From positions 480,001 to 544,000 of the forward strand of contig CAXXLF010000002.1 in the NCBI GenBank assembly GCA_963664015.2: a stretch of DNA of 64,000 bases, read 5' to 3'. Under the pieces are notes generated by a model. The model was not told the DNA's origin and searched no databases. It saw nothing but the letters and a program-made list of their open reading frames with translations. Source of the DNA: Candidatus Binatia bacterium (GTDB lineage Bacteria > Desulfobacterota > Binatia > UBA9968 > CAXXLF01). Within the stretch, counting starts at the first letter, position 1; every line of letters begins with the position of its first letter. Shown here in pieces: positions 45,202 to 55,876 of the stretch. Both the position numbers and the translations under genes were made by a program.

Positions 45202-46746
45202 TCACTTCTGCGTGCGTTTGAGAGACTTACCCAAGGCTAACAAGAACATCACGCTCTTACCAGCCGCATGGGGTGAAAAGAAGTCGGTCACGTCGTCATC
45301 AAAAAAGGTTAGCCCGGAGGCGCCGAGCCGTTGGGCGTAGGCAGCTAGATAAAATTTCCCGGCGGTGATGGCCGATTCCAGCTGGACGGCGCGGTAGCCT
45401 CGATTGCCGAATCGTTCGAGAACCCTCTCGAGGTCGACGAGAAAAAAGAGATTGACGCTGGCGTCGGCGGGTATCTCCTGGCCCAATCCCAGATGACCCG
45501 CTTCACGACGAAAATCGCCTTCTTTAAGCAACTCGAGGGCCGACTCCTCTCGATGAAAGACATAGCTTCCGCTGGGAAGGCCATCGACGGCGTTAATAAT
45601 AAGGTAAAGGTCGTAGATCGGGATTCGGTCAAGGAAATCGGCAGGCACGCCCCGGGTGGCCCGGACCATCATAGTGGAAAGCTGTTCGAAGCCAATCGCC
45701 TCCTGGGCAAATTGACGGCTGGAACCGCGCCGCTTGATCACCGATTCTATTGTATCTTGCGCCATGCCCTCATCTGGTAGTGGACGTAAAGGGAAACGCC
45801 GACCTACGAACCGACCGGACGAACCCGCCTTGCCACAAGGGCCGCGCCAGGATACAACCTCTCCAAAACTCTCCAATGACGAAGCCCCATGCATGGCGCG
45901 AATAGCCGGATAGTCAACCTCCCTCTCTGAAAGTGGCAAGGTCGTTAACCGAAGGGGCTCCAGTATTACCGATGAGTGTAACAGATTCTTTTCATCTCGA
46001 CCGAGAGGAATAAGAGTCAATGCCGCCTCACGCTCTGTATCCAGCCCAAGCAGATTGTTAATAGGGCGGTCTTCAAAACCGGCAACGATCTTTACCGGAA
46101 GCCCGTAGACGCCCGTGGCCGCAAGGAGCCCAGCCAGGATCGTACCGCTGTCCCAGTAGCAGTGCCGATAGGCCCTAGCTTGATATTTCCAACTGTTCCG
46201 CCAAAAGGTCGTCGCGGTGACGAGGATAACAGGGGCCGCGGAGATAGCGGGTTCTCGTCCGCTGGCCTGAACCACGACATCCCGGTAGTCCCCAACGCGT
46301 AGCCTGCGCAAGGCAAAGTCGTCGGGTGCGAAGTGATAGACCCCGGCTTCCAGGTCGGCGAGATCACCGCAGACCAGATAGAGATCGATATGATATAGGG
46401 CGCCGGTGCATGCCGCCGCGCGGAAGAGGATTTGTCCACCGGCGTGGAACCTGCGTCGGGTTATGCCGGCGGACAGGAATAGAGTGTCGGCAAGAATCTG
46501 CTTGGTAACGGCCGGATGGCCAACCGATTTCGAGGCCGTAACCGCGATGGCGGATAATGCCGGGACTCCCATAGAGGCTGAGGGCTCGGGCAATGAAATG
46601 GGTTCCAGCTCGGTATAGACCTTGAAAGGTCGCGGTTGATTGTCCCAGTCCAGATAGTGCCGGCTGGTATGGACGCTTTGGTAGGTGTGTTTAGTCCGGT
46701 TATGATATTCCCATGCAGCTTGCTGATCTTGGTTATTTACGGACAC
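45202..46746 (-). CDS. SagB/ThcOx-like tandem nitroreductase-domain protein
   Basis: YHNRTKH, RAAA..GALY, WKY..RAYRH...D.G, RRGSSR.F, RGYR..QLE, GLTFFDD. Confidence 0.88.
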   Translation of the reverse strand: MSVNNQDQQAAWEYHNRTKHTYQSVHTSRHYLDWDNQPRPFKVYTELEPISLPEPSASMGVPALSAIAVTASKSVGHPAVTKQILADTLFLSAGITRRRFHAGGQILFRAAACTGALYHIDLYLVCGDLADLEAGVYHFAPDDFALRRLRVGDYRDVVVQASGREPAISAAPVILVTATTFWRNSWKYQARAYRHCYWDSGTILAGLLAATGVYGLPVKIVAGFEDRPINNLLGLDTEREAALTLIPLGRDEKNLLHSSVILEPLRLTTLPLSEREVDYPAIRAMHGASSLESFGEVVSWRGPCGKAGSSGRFVGRRFPLRPLPDEGMAQDTIESVIKRRGSSRQFAQEAIGFEQLSTMMVRATRGVPADFLDRIPIYDLYLIINAVDGLPSGSYVFHREESALELLKEGDFRREAGHLGLGQEIPADASVNLFFLVDLERVLERFGNRGYRAVQLESAITAGKFYLAAYAQRLGASGLTFFDDDVTDFFSPHAAGKSVMFLLALGKSLKRTQK

Positions 46747-46758
46747 CCGATTTTGATC

Positions 46759-47913
46759 CTAGGCAATATCTCGGAGGTCTTCCAGGCGGTACCTGGCAAG
46801 TTGAAAAGAATCTGAGTCTCGATCTTCGCAAACGTTTATCGGGTCCTCGCCCCGCTCAACACGTTCGATCTGTTCCATCAGTAATTCACGGTATAGTGTG
46901 ATTCCAATATCAGAGACACAGAGACGCTCGTTGCTCCGCTGGGTTGTCTCCCCCTGTGACACCACCGCCATATGGTCTTGTCCATTGGCTGTGTCCAGGA
47001 TAAATTTTCCGGCCTTGTCGATGCCCGGCACATTGATAAACCGGGGGGTTTCCTGCCAGGGGATTGAGCCCCCTGTGCGCTCGGCCAGATAGATGACCAG
47101 CCACGTGTGCGTATCGTCTAACGGGACCACAAAGTAAACCACCTTGCTATTCTTGGGAGACCCAATCAACGTTGTCGTCGGGAAATAGGTGGGCGCTCCT
47201 TCTTTCCAGCAGCGTTCTTCTGCGTCGTGGTACATGTGTCGCTCTACGATACCATTCTCGAAACGGTCGAAGGCGATCTTCTTCATGGGCTTCGGAGCGA
47301 AGTGCCCGAGAAATTCTTCGAGTTGCCCTCCCCCTTTGCGCCGCAGTATATATTCAAAATATCGGCCATGCAGCGATTCAACGTGATAGGGATCCAGTAA
47401 ATTCTCCATGACCTGAAGCCAGTTGGAGTCAATGACGGTTCCGTCGGTTTCACGCATTGCATCATCCCACAACATGGCATCGTACCGGGGTATCAAGGGT
47501 GCCGGTTCGGGGCCGAGATACGCAAAGATCAGTCCGCCAAGTTCACGGACCGGATAGGATGTCGTTCGAACCGGCTCGTCAAAGCACCCTTCCCACGGCT
47601 CCAACGGTTGCTGGATACAGTGCCCCTCCGAATTATAAAGCCAACCGTGGTACGGGCAGCGCAGGCCTTCGTTCTCAATGATTCCGTAGGCTAGAGACGC
47701 ACCACGATGTGGGCACGCCTCAGTCAGAAGACCCAATCGACCCCTCTTGTCACGGTAAAGAACCAGTGACTCACCGAGAAGTTGAAACAGTTTGACCGGA
47801 TTTTCTTCCAGCTCCGCTTTGGCTGCAACCGGATGCCAATAGCGCCGCATCAGATTACCCATCCGCGTGCCGCTACCTACTCGAGTCAGGGCGTCATTTT
47901 CCTCTGAAGTCAT
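46759..47913 (-). CDS. Rieske non-heme iron oxygenase (phthalate 4,5-dioxygenase-like)
   Basis: CPHR..CPYHGW; EN..D..H...H; QD. Confidence 0.9.
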   Translation of the reverse strand: MTSEENDALTRVGSGTRMGNLMRRYWHPVAAKAELEENPVKLFQLLGESLVLYRDKRGRLGLLTEACPHRGASLAYGIIENEGLRCPYHGWLYNSEGHCIQQPLEPWEGCFDEPVRTTSYPVRELGGLIFAYLGPEPAPLIPRYDAMLWDDAMRETDGTVIDSNWLQVMENLLDPYHVESLHGRYFEYILRRKGGGQLEEFLGHFAPKPMKKIAFDRFENGIVERHMYHDAEERCWKEGAPTYFPTTTLIGSPKNSKVVYFVVPLDDTHTWLVIYLAERTGGSIPWQETPRFINVPGIDKAGKFILDTANGQDHMAVVSQGETTQRSNERLCVSDIGITLYRELLMEQIERVERGEDPINVCEDRDSDSFQLARYRLEDLRDIA

Positions 47914-47957
47914 AAGGAAGTGTTGCCACTCCTGAGCGTTGGACGAAAAACCGAGAC

Positions 47958-48281
47958 CTATTTCGCCTGTGCTGATTCCAGCAACGGTGCGAGTTCACCC
48001 TTCTCGTGCAACTGGTTCAGGATATCGCAACCGCCGATGAACTTACCCTTGATATAGATCTGGGGTATGGTCGGCCAATTGGAGTACTCCTTGACGCCCT
48101 TGCGGACGGCCGGGTCAGCCAGCACGTCTACGGTATCGAAAGGGACTCCATAGGATTGCAGGATGCCCACCGTATTCGCGGAAAAACCGCATTGGGGAAA
48201 CTGGGGATTGCCCTTCATAAAGACCAGGATATTGCTCTTCTTGACCTGATCTTCGATCGTGGGATTCACGTCATCAGCCAT
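47958..48281 (-). CDS. grxD: Monothiol glutaredoxin Grx4
   Basis: FMKG..PQCGFS, WPTIPQ, GGCD. Confidence 0.95.
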   Translation of the reverse strand: MADDVNPTIEDQVKKSNILVFMKGNPQFPQCGFSANTVGILQSYGVPFDTVDVLADPAVRKGVKEYSNWPTIPQIYIKGKFIGGCDILNQLHEKGELAPLLESAQAK

Positions 48282-48463
48282 TTTGAACCTCCCATAGTTA
48301 TTAATTCAATTCTGTAAAATCTTACCGCTTCCATACCTGTCAACCAAAAAATATAGACCTAAAGGATCTGCTTTTCAAGCCCCCCCTTATCAAACACACG
48401 GGATTCTCACCTGCCCTTGCCCTCCACCTGGTAAAATAACCTTTTTTACGTTAACCCTCTAAT

Positions 48464-49387
48464 ATGCGTATCTGTTCTCTTTTACCCAGTGCAACCGAGA
48501 TTGTTTATGTGCTCGGCTTGGGCGATTCTATCGTCGGTGTGACCCACGAATGCGATTACCCGACGCAGACAAAACAGGCACCCGTCGTCGTGCACAGTCG
48601 AATCGATCCGCACCATACCTCCAGCAGCGAAATAAACCAAAGCGTCACACAACATCTAAAGAGCAACAAGGGCATTTACACCCTGGACATGCCCCGTTTC
48701 AATGAGGCCGATCCCGACATCATCCTAACTCAAGCCCTCTGCGATGTCTGCGCCCTGGATTACAATGAAGTCGTGGCCGCGGCCCGTTCGCTGCCGCGTC
48801 GGCCACAGATCCTCTCCCTCAATCCATCCAATCTCTCCGAGGTCTTTCAGGATATTGTCCGCGTCGGAGAAATTACCGGTCAGGGCGGAACTGCGGAGAA
48901 CGTTGTCAGGGGGCTGGAAGGGCGAGTCCAGATGATCAAGAACGCGCTGCCCCACGGCGCTCCCCGGCCGAAGGTCGCGTGCATAGAATGGCTCGACCCC
49001 TTGTATAGCGCTGGACACTGGATTCCCGAGATGGTCGAGATTGCAGGAGGCTGGGATCCGCTAGCCGATACGGGGCAGCCTTCACAGCAAATTCCATGGA
49101 GCAGGATTCGGGATTGCCAGCCGGACGTGGTGATCCTGATGCCCTGCGGCTTTGATATCGATCGAACAGTCGAGGAACTCGACCTGCTTGACCGCCTCCC
49201 GGGTTGGAATACGTTGCCTGCAATCAAGGAGGATCGTCTCTATCCGGTCAACGGTCATGCCTACTTCAACCGACCGGGACCGCGGCTGGTTGACGGCCTG
49301 GAAATCCTCGCCCAGATCATTCACCCCGAGATCTTCCCTTGGACAGCGACTTCCGATCAGGCTGTTAGACTGACCCAAGACAAATGA
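48464..49387 (+). CDS. Cobalamin/Fe-siderophore binding-fold protein without signal peptide
   Basis: MRICSLLPSATEI, THECDYP, TQ.LCDVC, GHWIPEM, PCGF, FNRPGPRL. Confidence 0.85.
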   Translation: MRICSLLPSATEIVYVLGLGDSIVGVTHECDYPTQTKQAPVVVHSRIDPHHTSSSEINQSVTQHLKSNKGIYTLDMPRFNEADPDIILTQALCDVCALDYNEVVAAARSLPRRPQILSLNPSNLSEVFQDIVRVGEITGQGGTAENVVRGLEGRVQMIKNALPHGAPRPKVACIEWLDPLYSAGHWIPEMVEIAGGWDPLADTGQPSQQIPWSRIRDCQPDVVILMPCGFDIDRTVEELDLLDRLPGWNTLPAIKEDRLYPVNGHAYFNRPGPRLVDGLEILAQIIHPEIFPWTATSDQAVRLTQDK

Positions 49388-49800
49388 TTGCAAAGCTGTT
49401 CCTACTGTTCACGCTGGTACCCCTCACGGAACTGTACATTCTGTTGGAGATCGGTTCGGTCATGGGGGCGCTGAACACCATCCTGCTGATTATTTTCACC
49501 GGAGTCCTTGGAGCCTATCTGGCACGCATGCAAGGATACCGAACCTTGCAACAGATCAACGTAAGCCTGGCCCAAGGTGTCGTGCCCGCGGAGGAGCTGG
49601 TGGATGCAGTCTTGATCTTCTTCGCCGGGATTGTCCTGCTCACGCCGGGTGTCCTAACCGATATCGCGGGTTTCCTTTTGCTCATTCCTTATACCCGGAC
49701 CATCTTCAAACGCTGGCTGAGAAAAAAGTTTGATCACATGGCCGCCTCGGGTAATGTCCAGATCCGTTTCCCCGGAGGCGGCAACGACAACCCTTTTTGA
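49384..49800 (+). CDS. fxsA: FxsA family membrane protein
   Basis: P..EL..L, G..L.R.QG, LLTPG..TD..G. Confidence 0.9.
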   Translation: MIAKLFLLFTLVPLTELYILLEIGSVMGALNTILLIIFTGVLGAYLARMQGYRTLQQINVSLAQGVVPAEELVDAVLIFFAGIVLLTPGVLTDIAGFLLLIPYTRTIFKRWLRKKFDHMAASGNVQIRFPGGGNDNPF

Positions 49801-49921
49801 TTGAATTTCCCCGCTTTGCACCATACTCTTTGCGCTTTGCTCTCCAGCTCAGTCCTTCCCTTGACAGCCCAAGGGGTGGTATGCGATTAAGATAAGATTC
49901 CAAAGAGCCCCTCAGGAGGAA

Positions 49922-51430
49922 ATGAACATGGCCAAGACAAGTCCCGATTTAACCAAGATTGACGCGAACGCAGCCTTTCCATTTGACGATCTACGCAGCT
50001 TTATCGAAGCCGCCAAGGAAGTCGACGAATACCGCGATATTGATGGGGCCGATTGGAACCGGGAGATTGGCGCCCTTACGGAGGCGGCGGCCGAGCTCAT
50101 CACCGATCCTCCCATGCTGATCTTCGACAATATCAAGGGATACCCGAAGGGATTTCGTCTCGTCAGTCTTTCCGTTGCCTCGATCAAACGTGCGGCCCTG
50201 GCCTGGGGACTCCCCATCGACAAACATAAACTGGAGCTAATACGGCTTGGCACGAGACGGCTAGCGGCAGCCCGGGCCAACCTAATTCCCCCTAAGACGG
50301 TGAAAACCGGACCGGTCATGGAGAACGTCCTAACGGGAGACAAGATCGACATGTGGAAGTTTCCCAGTCCTCTGTTTCATCTCCAGGATGGCGGCCGCTA
50401 TATCGGCACTGGCGATATTATAACCACCAGGGACCCGGACACGGGCTACCTCAACACGGGAACGTACCGGATGCAGGTGCACGAGAAAGACCTCTTGGGC
50501 TTGTGGATCAGCCCCGGTAAACATGGGCGCTTGATCCTGCAGCGCTACTGGGAACAGGGCAAGGCCGCTCCTATTACAGCGTCTTTTGGCCATGACCCCC
50601 TCACCTTTCTTGCCTCCACTGCGTTTCTTCCCTGGGGAAAATCCGAACTGGATCTTTTAGGAGCGGTCAGGGGCAAGCCCGTTGAAGTCATCGAAGGCCC
50701 GGTTACGGGTCTACCGATCCCCGCCCACTCGGAGATCACAATTGAAGGCGAAGTGCCGCCCCCGTCTGAACAGGCACGGGACGAGGGACCCTTTGGGGAA
50801 TGGCCGGGCTATTACTCAGGGGGCACTATCGGTACCGGTGAACAACAGCCGGTCGTGCGCATCAAGGCCGTTTACCATCGTAATAACCCCATTATCCTCG
50901 ACTCCACGCCGCTCTGGCCGGGCGCTTCCAAATACGCCATTCCGTTCATGGCTGGAGTCTTCTGGGACCAGCTGGAAAGCGCGGGAATCCAGGACATCCA
51001 GGGAGTTTGGCAGCACACCTCCTATTGGCTGGTGATCTCGATCCGCCAACGCTTCGCCGGTCACGCCAAACAAGCCGGCCATGCGGCCCTGGGGGCTCGC
51101 GGCGGGGCCTACAACGGCAGGTACATCATCATCGTGGACGAGGACATTGACCCCAGCGATATGAAGGAAGTGGAATGGGCCATGATGACCCGTGTGAACC
51201 CGGCCACCGATATCGAGTTGATCGACGGTACGTGGAGTACGCCGCTGGATCCGCGCATGACGCCTGCTCAGCGGGAGTCAGGGGACCATACCAACAGCCG
51301 CGCGATCATTTATGCGGTGCGCCCATGGACGTGGCGGGACAAGTTTCCCAAGGCAAGCCGAACGGAGAAGGACCTGCGGGCCGATATCGTAAAAAAATAT
51401 AAAACGATCTTGCCTTTTCCTAATCTGTAA
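49922..51430 (+). CDS. UbiD family prFMN-dependent (de)carboxylase
   Basis: DGGRY, N.G.YR.Q, EGPFGEWPGYY, IVDEDIDP. Confidence 0.93.
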   Translation: MNMAKTSPDLTKIDANAAFPFDDLRSFIEAAKEVDEYRDIDGADWNREIGALTEAAAELITDPPMLIFDNIKGYPKGFRLVSLSVASIKRAALAWGLPIDKHKLELIRLGTRRLAAARANLIPPKTVKTGPVMENVLTGDKIDMWKFPSPLFHLQDGGRYIGTGDIITTRDPDTGYLNTGTYRMQVHEKDLLGLWISPGKHGRLILQRYWEQGKAAPITASFGHDPLTFLASTAFLPWGKSELDLLGAVRGKPVEVIEGPVTGLPIPAHSEITIEGEVPPPSEQARDEGPFGEWPGYYSGGTIGTGEQQPVVRIKAVYHRNNPIILDSTPLWPGASKYAIPFMAGVFWDQLESAGIQDIQGVWQHTSYWLVISIRQRFAGHAKQAGHAALGARGGAYNGRYIIIVDEDIDPSDMKEVEWAMMTRVNPATDIELIDGTWSTPLDPRMTPAQRESGDHTNSRAIIYAVRPWTWRDKFPKASRTEKDLRADIVKKYKTILPFPNL

Positions 51431-51498
51431 GGCGAGATATAACTAATGGCATTTTGAAATTTTCATTGAAATTTTGACTACAGAATCAAAAAAACAAA

Positions 51499-51660
51499 TC
51501 GCGCAAAGACGCAAAGGACGCCAAGTTCGGAAAAAGTTAGAAAATATTTTATTCGCTCATGGCTCAGCCAGAAGTTGATCCGTCCTATGGCTGAGTCTGG
51601 GCGCGAGATTCTCCTACGCTAAAGCTTCGGAGGACCCCCCAAAGCCTTCGCGAAGAGGAA
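51499..51660. repeat. Composite of nested palindromic repeats
   Basis: GCGCAAAGACGCAAAGGACGCCAAG + CTCAGCCA..TGGCTGAG + CTACGCTAAAGCTTCGGAGG between convergent genes. Confidence 0.6.
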
Positions 51661-51895
51661 ACTTTGTTGCCGTTGTTCTATTGGAACTTCTAAAACTTCA
51701 AAGGTAAGATTCTAGTAACCCAGTTCCTTGTCGACCAGGTTTTTCAGAGGTTGACCGGACAGAAAGCGCTCCAGGTTGTCCCGAAAGATGGAAAAGACCT
51801 TTTCCCCTTTATTTCCCGAACTACCCAGCCACGGGCTTACCCCAATAATCTAACTAGCACAGCCAACTGTTTGAATGCGAATACAGGCAGGGCGT

Positions 51896-53077
51896 TTAAG
51901 ATGCGGCCTTGTGGAGTTCCTTTTCGAGTTCGGGCCCAGATGCGGTGACAGAGCCTTTTCCATTGGACTGCCTGGCAATCTTTTGGGCAAGACGGCGGTA
52001 TAGGTTCACGCCCACATCGGTGGAGCAGAGGTGCTCAGGTTCACGGTAGTTTTGCACCTCCATGTAACGCTTGTCCTGGTAGGTAAAAAAGAAACGGTGA
52101 ATGAAATTATAATAGGTTTTCCACCAGAGTTTATAAAACAGCTTGTGAAGAAAGGTCTTGGGATAGGTGACACTGACCTCCAATATGCGGGTTTTACTCG
52201 GCCCGACGTAGATGGGCCACTGCATGGTAGAATACGTAAACCCCAAATAGGGTTCCTTCCTTTTTGCCAGGACGATAAAACCGGGCATGCGTACTTCCGC
52301 TCCAACACCGCCGGAGGTCCTTCGTTTCAGGACTCGATACCAATTGCTACTGGGATACTTGCCCAACCCCGGGTAATCGGCCTGCATGGCCATGCCCGGT
52401 CCTTGGACAAAGAGTCCTTTACCGTCGTCTAGGAGTTTAACGATCATTTTTCCCCAGACAGGAACTTGCTGGAATAGGATTTCGGGCGAGTTTCGGTGAA
52501 CGAAGATGGCGTGTAGCATATCAGGATAGTTTTCAGTGACGTTACGCCAGTCGCAGTCCCAATACTCGAAGACAAACTGGACCAAGATATTCGGCTCCAA
52601 AAGCCTCGGCGGCAGATCCTCGTCCAAGGGCGGGGCCTCTCCCTCCCCAATGAAAGCCCACACAACACCGAAACGTTCTTCCGTGGGATAGGCCTTGACA
52701 CACACTTGACCTGGCAAACGGGATTCGGGGCCCTCAACAATGGCCGCAACGCAATCGCCTTTTTCATTGTAGGTCCAGCCATGATAACCGCAGCTAATGG
52801 TACCCGGAAAAAGGATGCGGCCGCGGGAGAGCATGGCCCCCCGATGGGGGCAGCGGTCTTCTAGGGCAGCGATTTTTCCGTCTTTCCCACGAAAGAGAAC
52901 GACGTCCTCGCCAAGGAGGGTTACTGAAACTGGCTGCCGCTTGGTGACCTTCTTTGCTTCGATAATGGGATACCAGTAGTTCCGGTGACCTAGGGGTGGC
53001 AAACTGGGGATCGAAAACGACTCGGTAATCCAAGTCCCATTCTCTTCTTTCCGCCCCTCGACCGGTTGATCCGTCAT
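51896..53077 (-). CDS. Rieske non-heme iron oxygenase alpha subunit
   Basis: DRCPHRG..CGYHGW; EN..D..H...H; QD. Confidence 0.9.
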   Translation of the reverse strand: MTDQPVEGRKEENGTWITESFSIPSLPPLGHRNYWYPIIEAKKVTKRQPVSVTLLGEDVVLFRGKDGKIAALEDRCPHRGAMLSRGRILFPGTISCGYHGWTYNEKGDCVAAIVEGPESRLPGQVCVKAYPTEERFGVVWAFIGEGEAPPLDEDLPPRLLEPNILVQFVFEYWDCDWRNVTENYPDMLHAIFVHRNSPEILFQQVPVWGKMIVKLLDDGKGLFVQGPGMAMQADYPGLGKYPSSNWYRVLKRRTSGGVGAEVRMPGFIVLAKRKEPYLGFTYSTMQWPIYVGPSKTRILEVSVTYPKTFLHKLFYKLWWKTYYNFIHRFFFTYQDKRYMEVQNYREPEHLCSTDVGVNLYRRLAQKIARQSNGKGSVTASGPELEKELHKAAS

Positions 53078-53214
53078 TACGGTCTCCCTCCAAATTCCTT
53101 CAATAATTCAGATGCATCCAACGAAGCCTGAAACTATTAACGCACCCGACCCCGCGTATGTCAAGGCCCCCCGGCTCGGCCATGAGCTCACCGTCGAACA
53201 CCCGTGAGGTGCTG

Positions 53215-54444
53215 TTAGAATGTTTGCCTTTTATCGGTGTCAAGACTGATGAAGCCGAGTATAACCACACCTATAAAATAAGATATGGCCATGGTCACGA
53301 GCGCCGGCGCCAGCCCGAACCGATCCACAATCAATCCCGTGACCAGTATCCACACGGGTCCGGTGATTGCCGAAAGGGTATGAAACACGCTCAGCTGAGT
53401 GTCGACCCGGGTCTCCTTCGGTGCCACGTTGATCAGCAAGCTCTGAAGCAATGAGCTGCGACCGAAAATAAAACAACCGGCAAAAAAGGTAATCCCGAAC
53501 AGACCGACTCCCGCTGTTTTTGGGATCAGGATCAAGAGCGTAAAGACGGCGGATAGGACGAGATCGATACGGATGGCGAACCGGGGAGAGGTCCGGTCGG
53601 AGAGCCAACCCAAAACCATGGGGCCTATTACGCCCCCGAAGGTGTACATGGCAACAAAGAGGGCCGCATAAGAGGCACTGATACCGAACCGGTCCACCAG
53701 GATCACGGCAAGATAGGTATTCAGCGACCCGGTACCGCGACCGGCGGCACCCACCATCATGACACTAGCAAGGAGGAGGGCCCTACGGTCCTGGATCAGG
53801 ACTTTGTATTCATGGAGACCCAGCCTGGACCGTCGTTTCGAACCGCCTTCGGCAACTACTGAGGGAGACGGCTCCTCCAGGAAAAAGAAGGAAAAGCTCA
53901 TGATTATGAGGGGAAGACTCATCACCACGACGATCTGGCGCCAATCCAGGTAGTACAGCAAACCAGCCACAACTAGCGGGGCGATCCAGCCCCCCATGTT
54001 TCCGCTGGTATGATGAAAGGCCAAAGCCTTGGCCCGGTCCTTGGGAAAGCTGTATGCCATGACCGATCCGCCGACCGGATGGTTTGGGCTGGTCCCTAAC
54101 CCCCGCGTCGCCATAGCAACGGCCATATGGTTAAAGCTTTGAGCAAATCCCATGGCCGACATGCCCACAAAGGCCACCGCCGTGCCAATGCCCAGGATAT
54201 GGGTCCTACGAAGGAAGCGCGTCATCACACCAAAGGTAATCTGCATCGGCCCCTCGACCAGCATGGTGATCACGGACAAAAAAGCGATCCCCGTATAACC
54301 GAAGTTCAACTGATCCCGGATTATTGGATAAAGAACCGACAGCCCCTGGGAGCTCATGTGGCTAAGGCCGTGTGTCGTATTGACAATTGCGACGGTCAAC
54401 CAACGACGCTTGGCTGTTTCCATGCTCTGGGACGCTTCAATCAT
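53215..54444 (-). CDS. MFS transporter
   Basis: About 12 TM, HPVG, GN.GG, GWLSDR. Confidence 0.88.
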   Translation of the reverse strand: MIEASQSMETAKRRWLTVAIVNTTHGLSHMSSQGLSVLYPIIRDQLNFGYTGIAFLSVITMLVEGPMQITFGVMTRFLRRTHILGIGTAVAFVGMSAMGFAQSFNHMAVAMATRGLGTSPNHPVGGSVMAYSFPKDRAKALAFHHTSGNMGGWIAPLVVAGLLYYLDWRQIVVVMSLPLIIMSFSFFFLEEPSPSVVAEGGSKRRSRLGLHEYKVLIQDRRALLLASVMMVGAAGRGTGSLNTYLAVILVDRFGISASYAALFVAMYTFGGVIGPMVLGWLSDRTSPRFAIRIDLVLSAVFTLLILIPKTAGVGLFGITFFAGCFIFGRSSLLQSLLINVAPKETRVDTQLSVFHTLSAITGPVWILVTGLIVDRFGLAPALVTMAISYFIGVVILGFISLDTDKRQTF

Positions 54445-54741
54445 AGGAACGCACCTCCTCTACCGGGGAAAACCATCTGATACGGATCCTAGCAGACCGA
54501 CAGAACATTTTCATTTGAAAACTCTAGGCAAAAACAAACCTATGGGTTACGCGAATGGAAACTGTCAACCAGAAGTTCCTTTTCAGGGGATAGCTAGTGT
54601 GTACTCGAATTAACCCCTTTCTCCTATTCCACTGTTCAACCTCCTGTGCTCGAGCCCAATGGGACTTGACAGATCATAGAATTGCGACTATGGGATCATT
54701 ACTGATAGACATACGGGTTAACCACGATTGGAGGAGCCACA

Positions 54742-55833
54742 ATGAAAACGAACCGCATTACCGTGACCTTAGGTTTTTGGGCCCTATTATTCCTGCTACC
54801 GGGATTGGTCCCTTTAACATCGGCTGCCAGCCCCTGGAACATGGATAATGTCGAGGCGGCGGCGCGAAAAGAAGGCAGCCTTGTCATCTACTCGGCACCG
54901 GGTCATATTAACCGTAAAGCCCAGAGCGCTATCAACAAGATTTTTAAGGACAGATACGGTGTCAGCATAGAGTGGACGACGCTGAGTGCGAGGGATATCT
55001 CCCCTCGTGTATTCGCAGAGCAAAGGACCAAGAATTACACCGTGGATCTCACGATGTCAGGCATCGCCGGCCACTATGGACAGCTCAAACCCAAAGGATA
55101 CGTGCAGCCGATCGTCCCACCTTCTACTTTTCAAAAAGGGGGTTGGCGTTTGGACCCGACATCGGTCAAGCCCAAAGCGAGGGACTGGCTTTTTATCAAT
55201 ATGCCGCTCAGACCCAGCTTTCTGATCAATACCAATCTGATCCCCTCGGGCCAGGAACCGAAAAGCTACCAGGATCTCCTGGACCCCAAATGGAAAGGGA
55301 AGATCGTATTTCAAACCCCAGCGAGAGGGGGTACCGGCTCCGGCTGGTTCCGTGCCACTCACAGTCATCTCGGTTTGAAATACATGAGGGCGTTAGCCAA
55401 GCAGGTGGTGATCGTGGCCAAGGTCAACGATACTCCCCAGGGTGTCGTTCGGGGGCAGTATCCCATTGGGCTTGCAGCGTCAACGACGAGAGTCCGAAGG
55501 CTCATCGAACAAGGCGCTCCCGTCAAATTCATTCAGCCCAAGGAAGGTTCCCATATGGCCAGTCAGGGAACCTGCTTTATCGTGAATGCACCTCACCCCA
55601 ATGCAGCCAAACTCTTTTACCATTGGTTTTTCACTAAAGAGGGTCAAATCGTTTACGCGACCAACACCCAAGCCATCTCCGTAAGAAAGGATGTGCCACA
55701 GGATTTCATACCGGCCAATCAGCGTTACAAGGAAGGACAGCCCTATTTGATGGCCTTACTGGAAGACCAACAGGGGTCGAGGCCGAGAGAACTCTTAAAA
55801 CTGGGTAAAAAAATCTTCATAGAAGGCAAGTAA
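54742..55833 (+). CDS. ABC substrate-binding protein (Fe3+/thiamine/polyamine-type)
   Basis: Signal peptide, AARKEG.L..Y, PKSYQDLLDPKWKGK, APHPNAAKLF. Confidence 0.88.
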   Translation: MKTNRITVTLGFWALLFLLPGLVPLTSAASPWNMDNVEAAARKEGSLVIYSAPGHINRKAQSAINKIFKDRYGVSIEWTTLSARDISPRVFAEQRTKNYTVDLTMSGIAGHYGQLKPKGYVQPIVPPSTFQKGGWRLDPTSVKPKARDWLFINMPLRPSFLINTNLIPSGQEPKSYQDLLDPKWKGKIVFQTPARGGTGSGWFRATHSHLGLKYMRALAKQVVIVAKVNDTPQGVVRGQYPIGLAASTTRVRRLIEQGAPVKFIQPKEGSHMASQGTCFIVNAPHPNAAKLFYHWFFTKEGQIVYATNTQAISVRKDVPQDFIPANQRYKEGQPYLMALLEDQQGSRPRELLKLGKKIFIEGK

Positions 55834-55876
55834 CGCAATACTCCAGACACTACTGACGCGGATCTGAGGCAGTTGA

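Noticed and set aside
45202-46746. RiPP (azole peptide) biosynthetic cluster
   Set aside because: No YcaO, precursor peptide or dedicated exporter nearby
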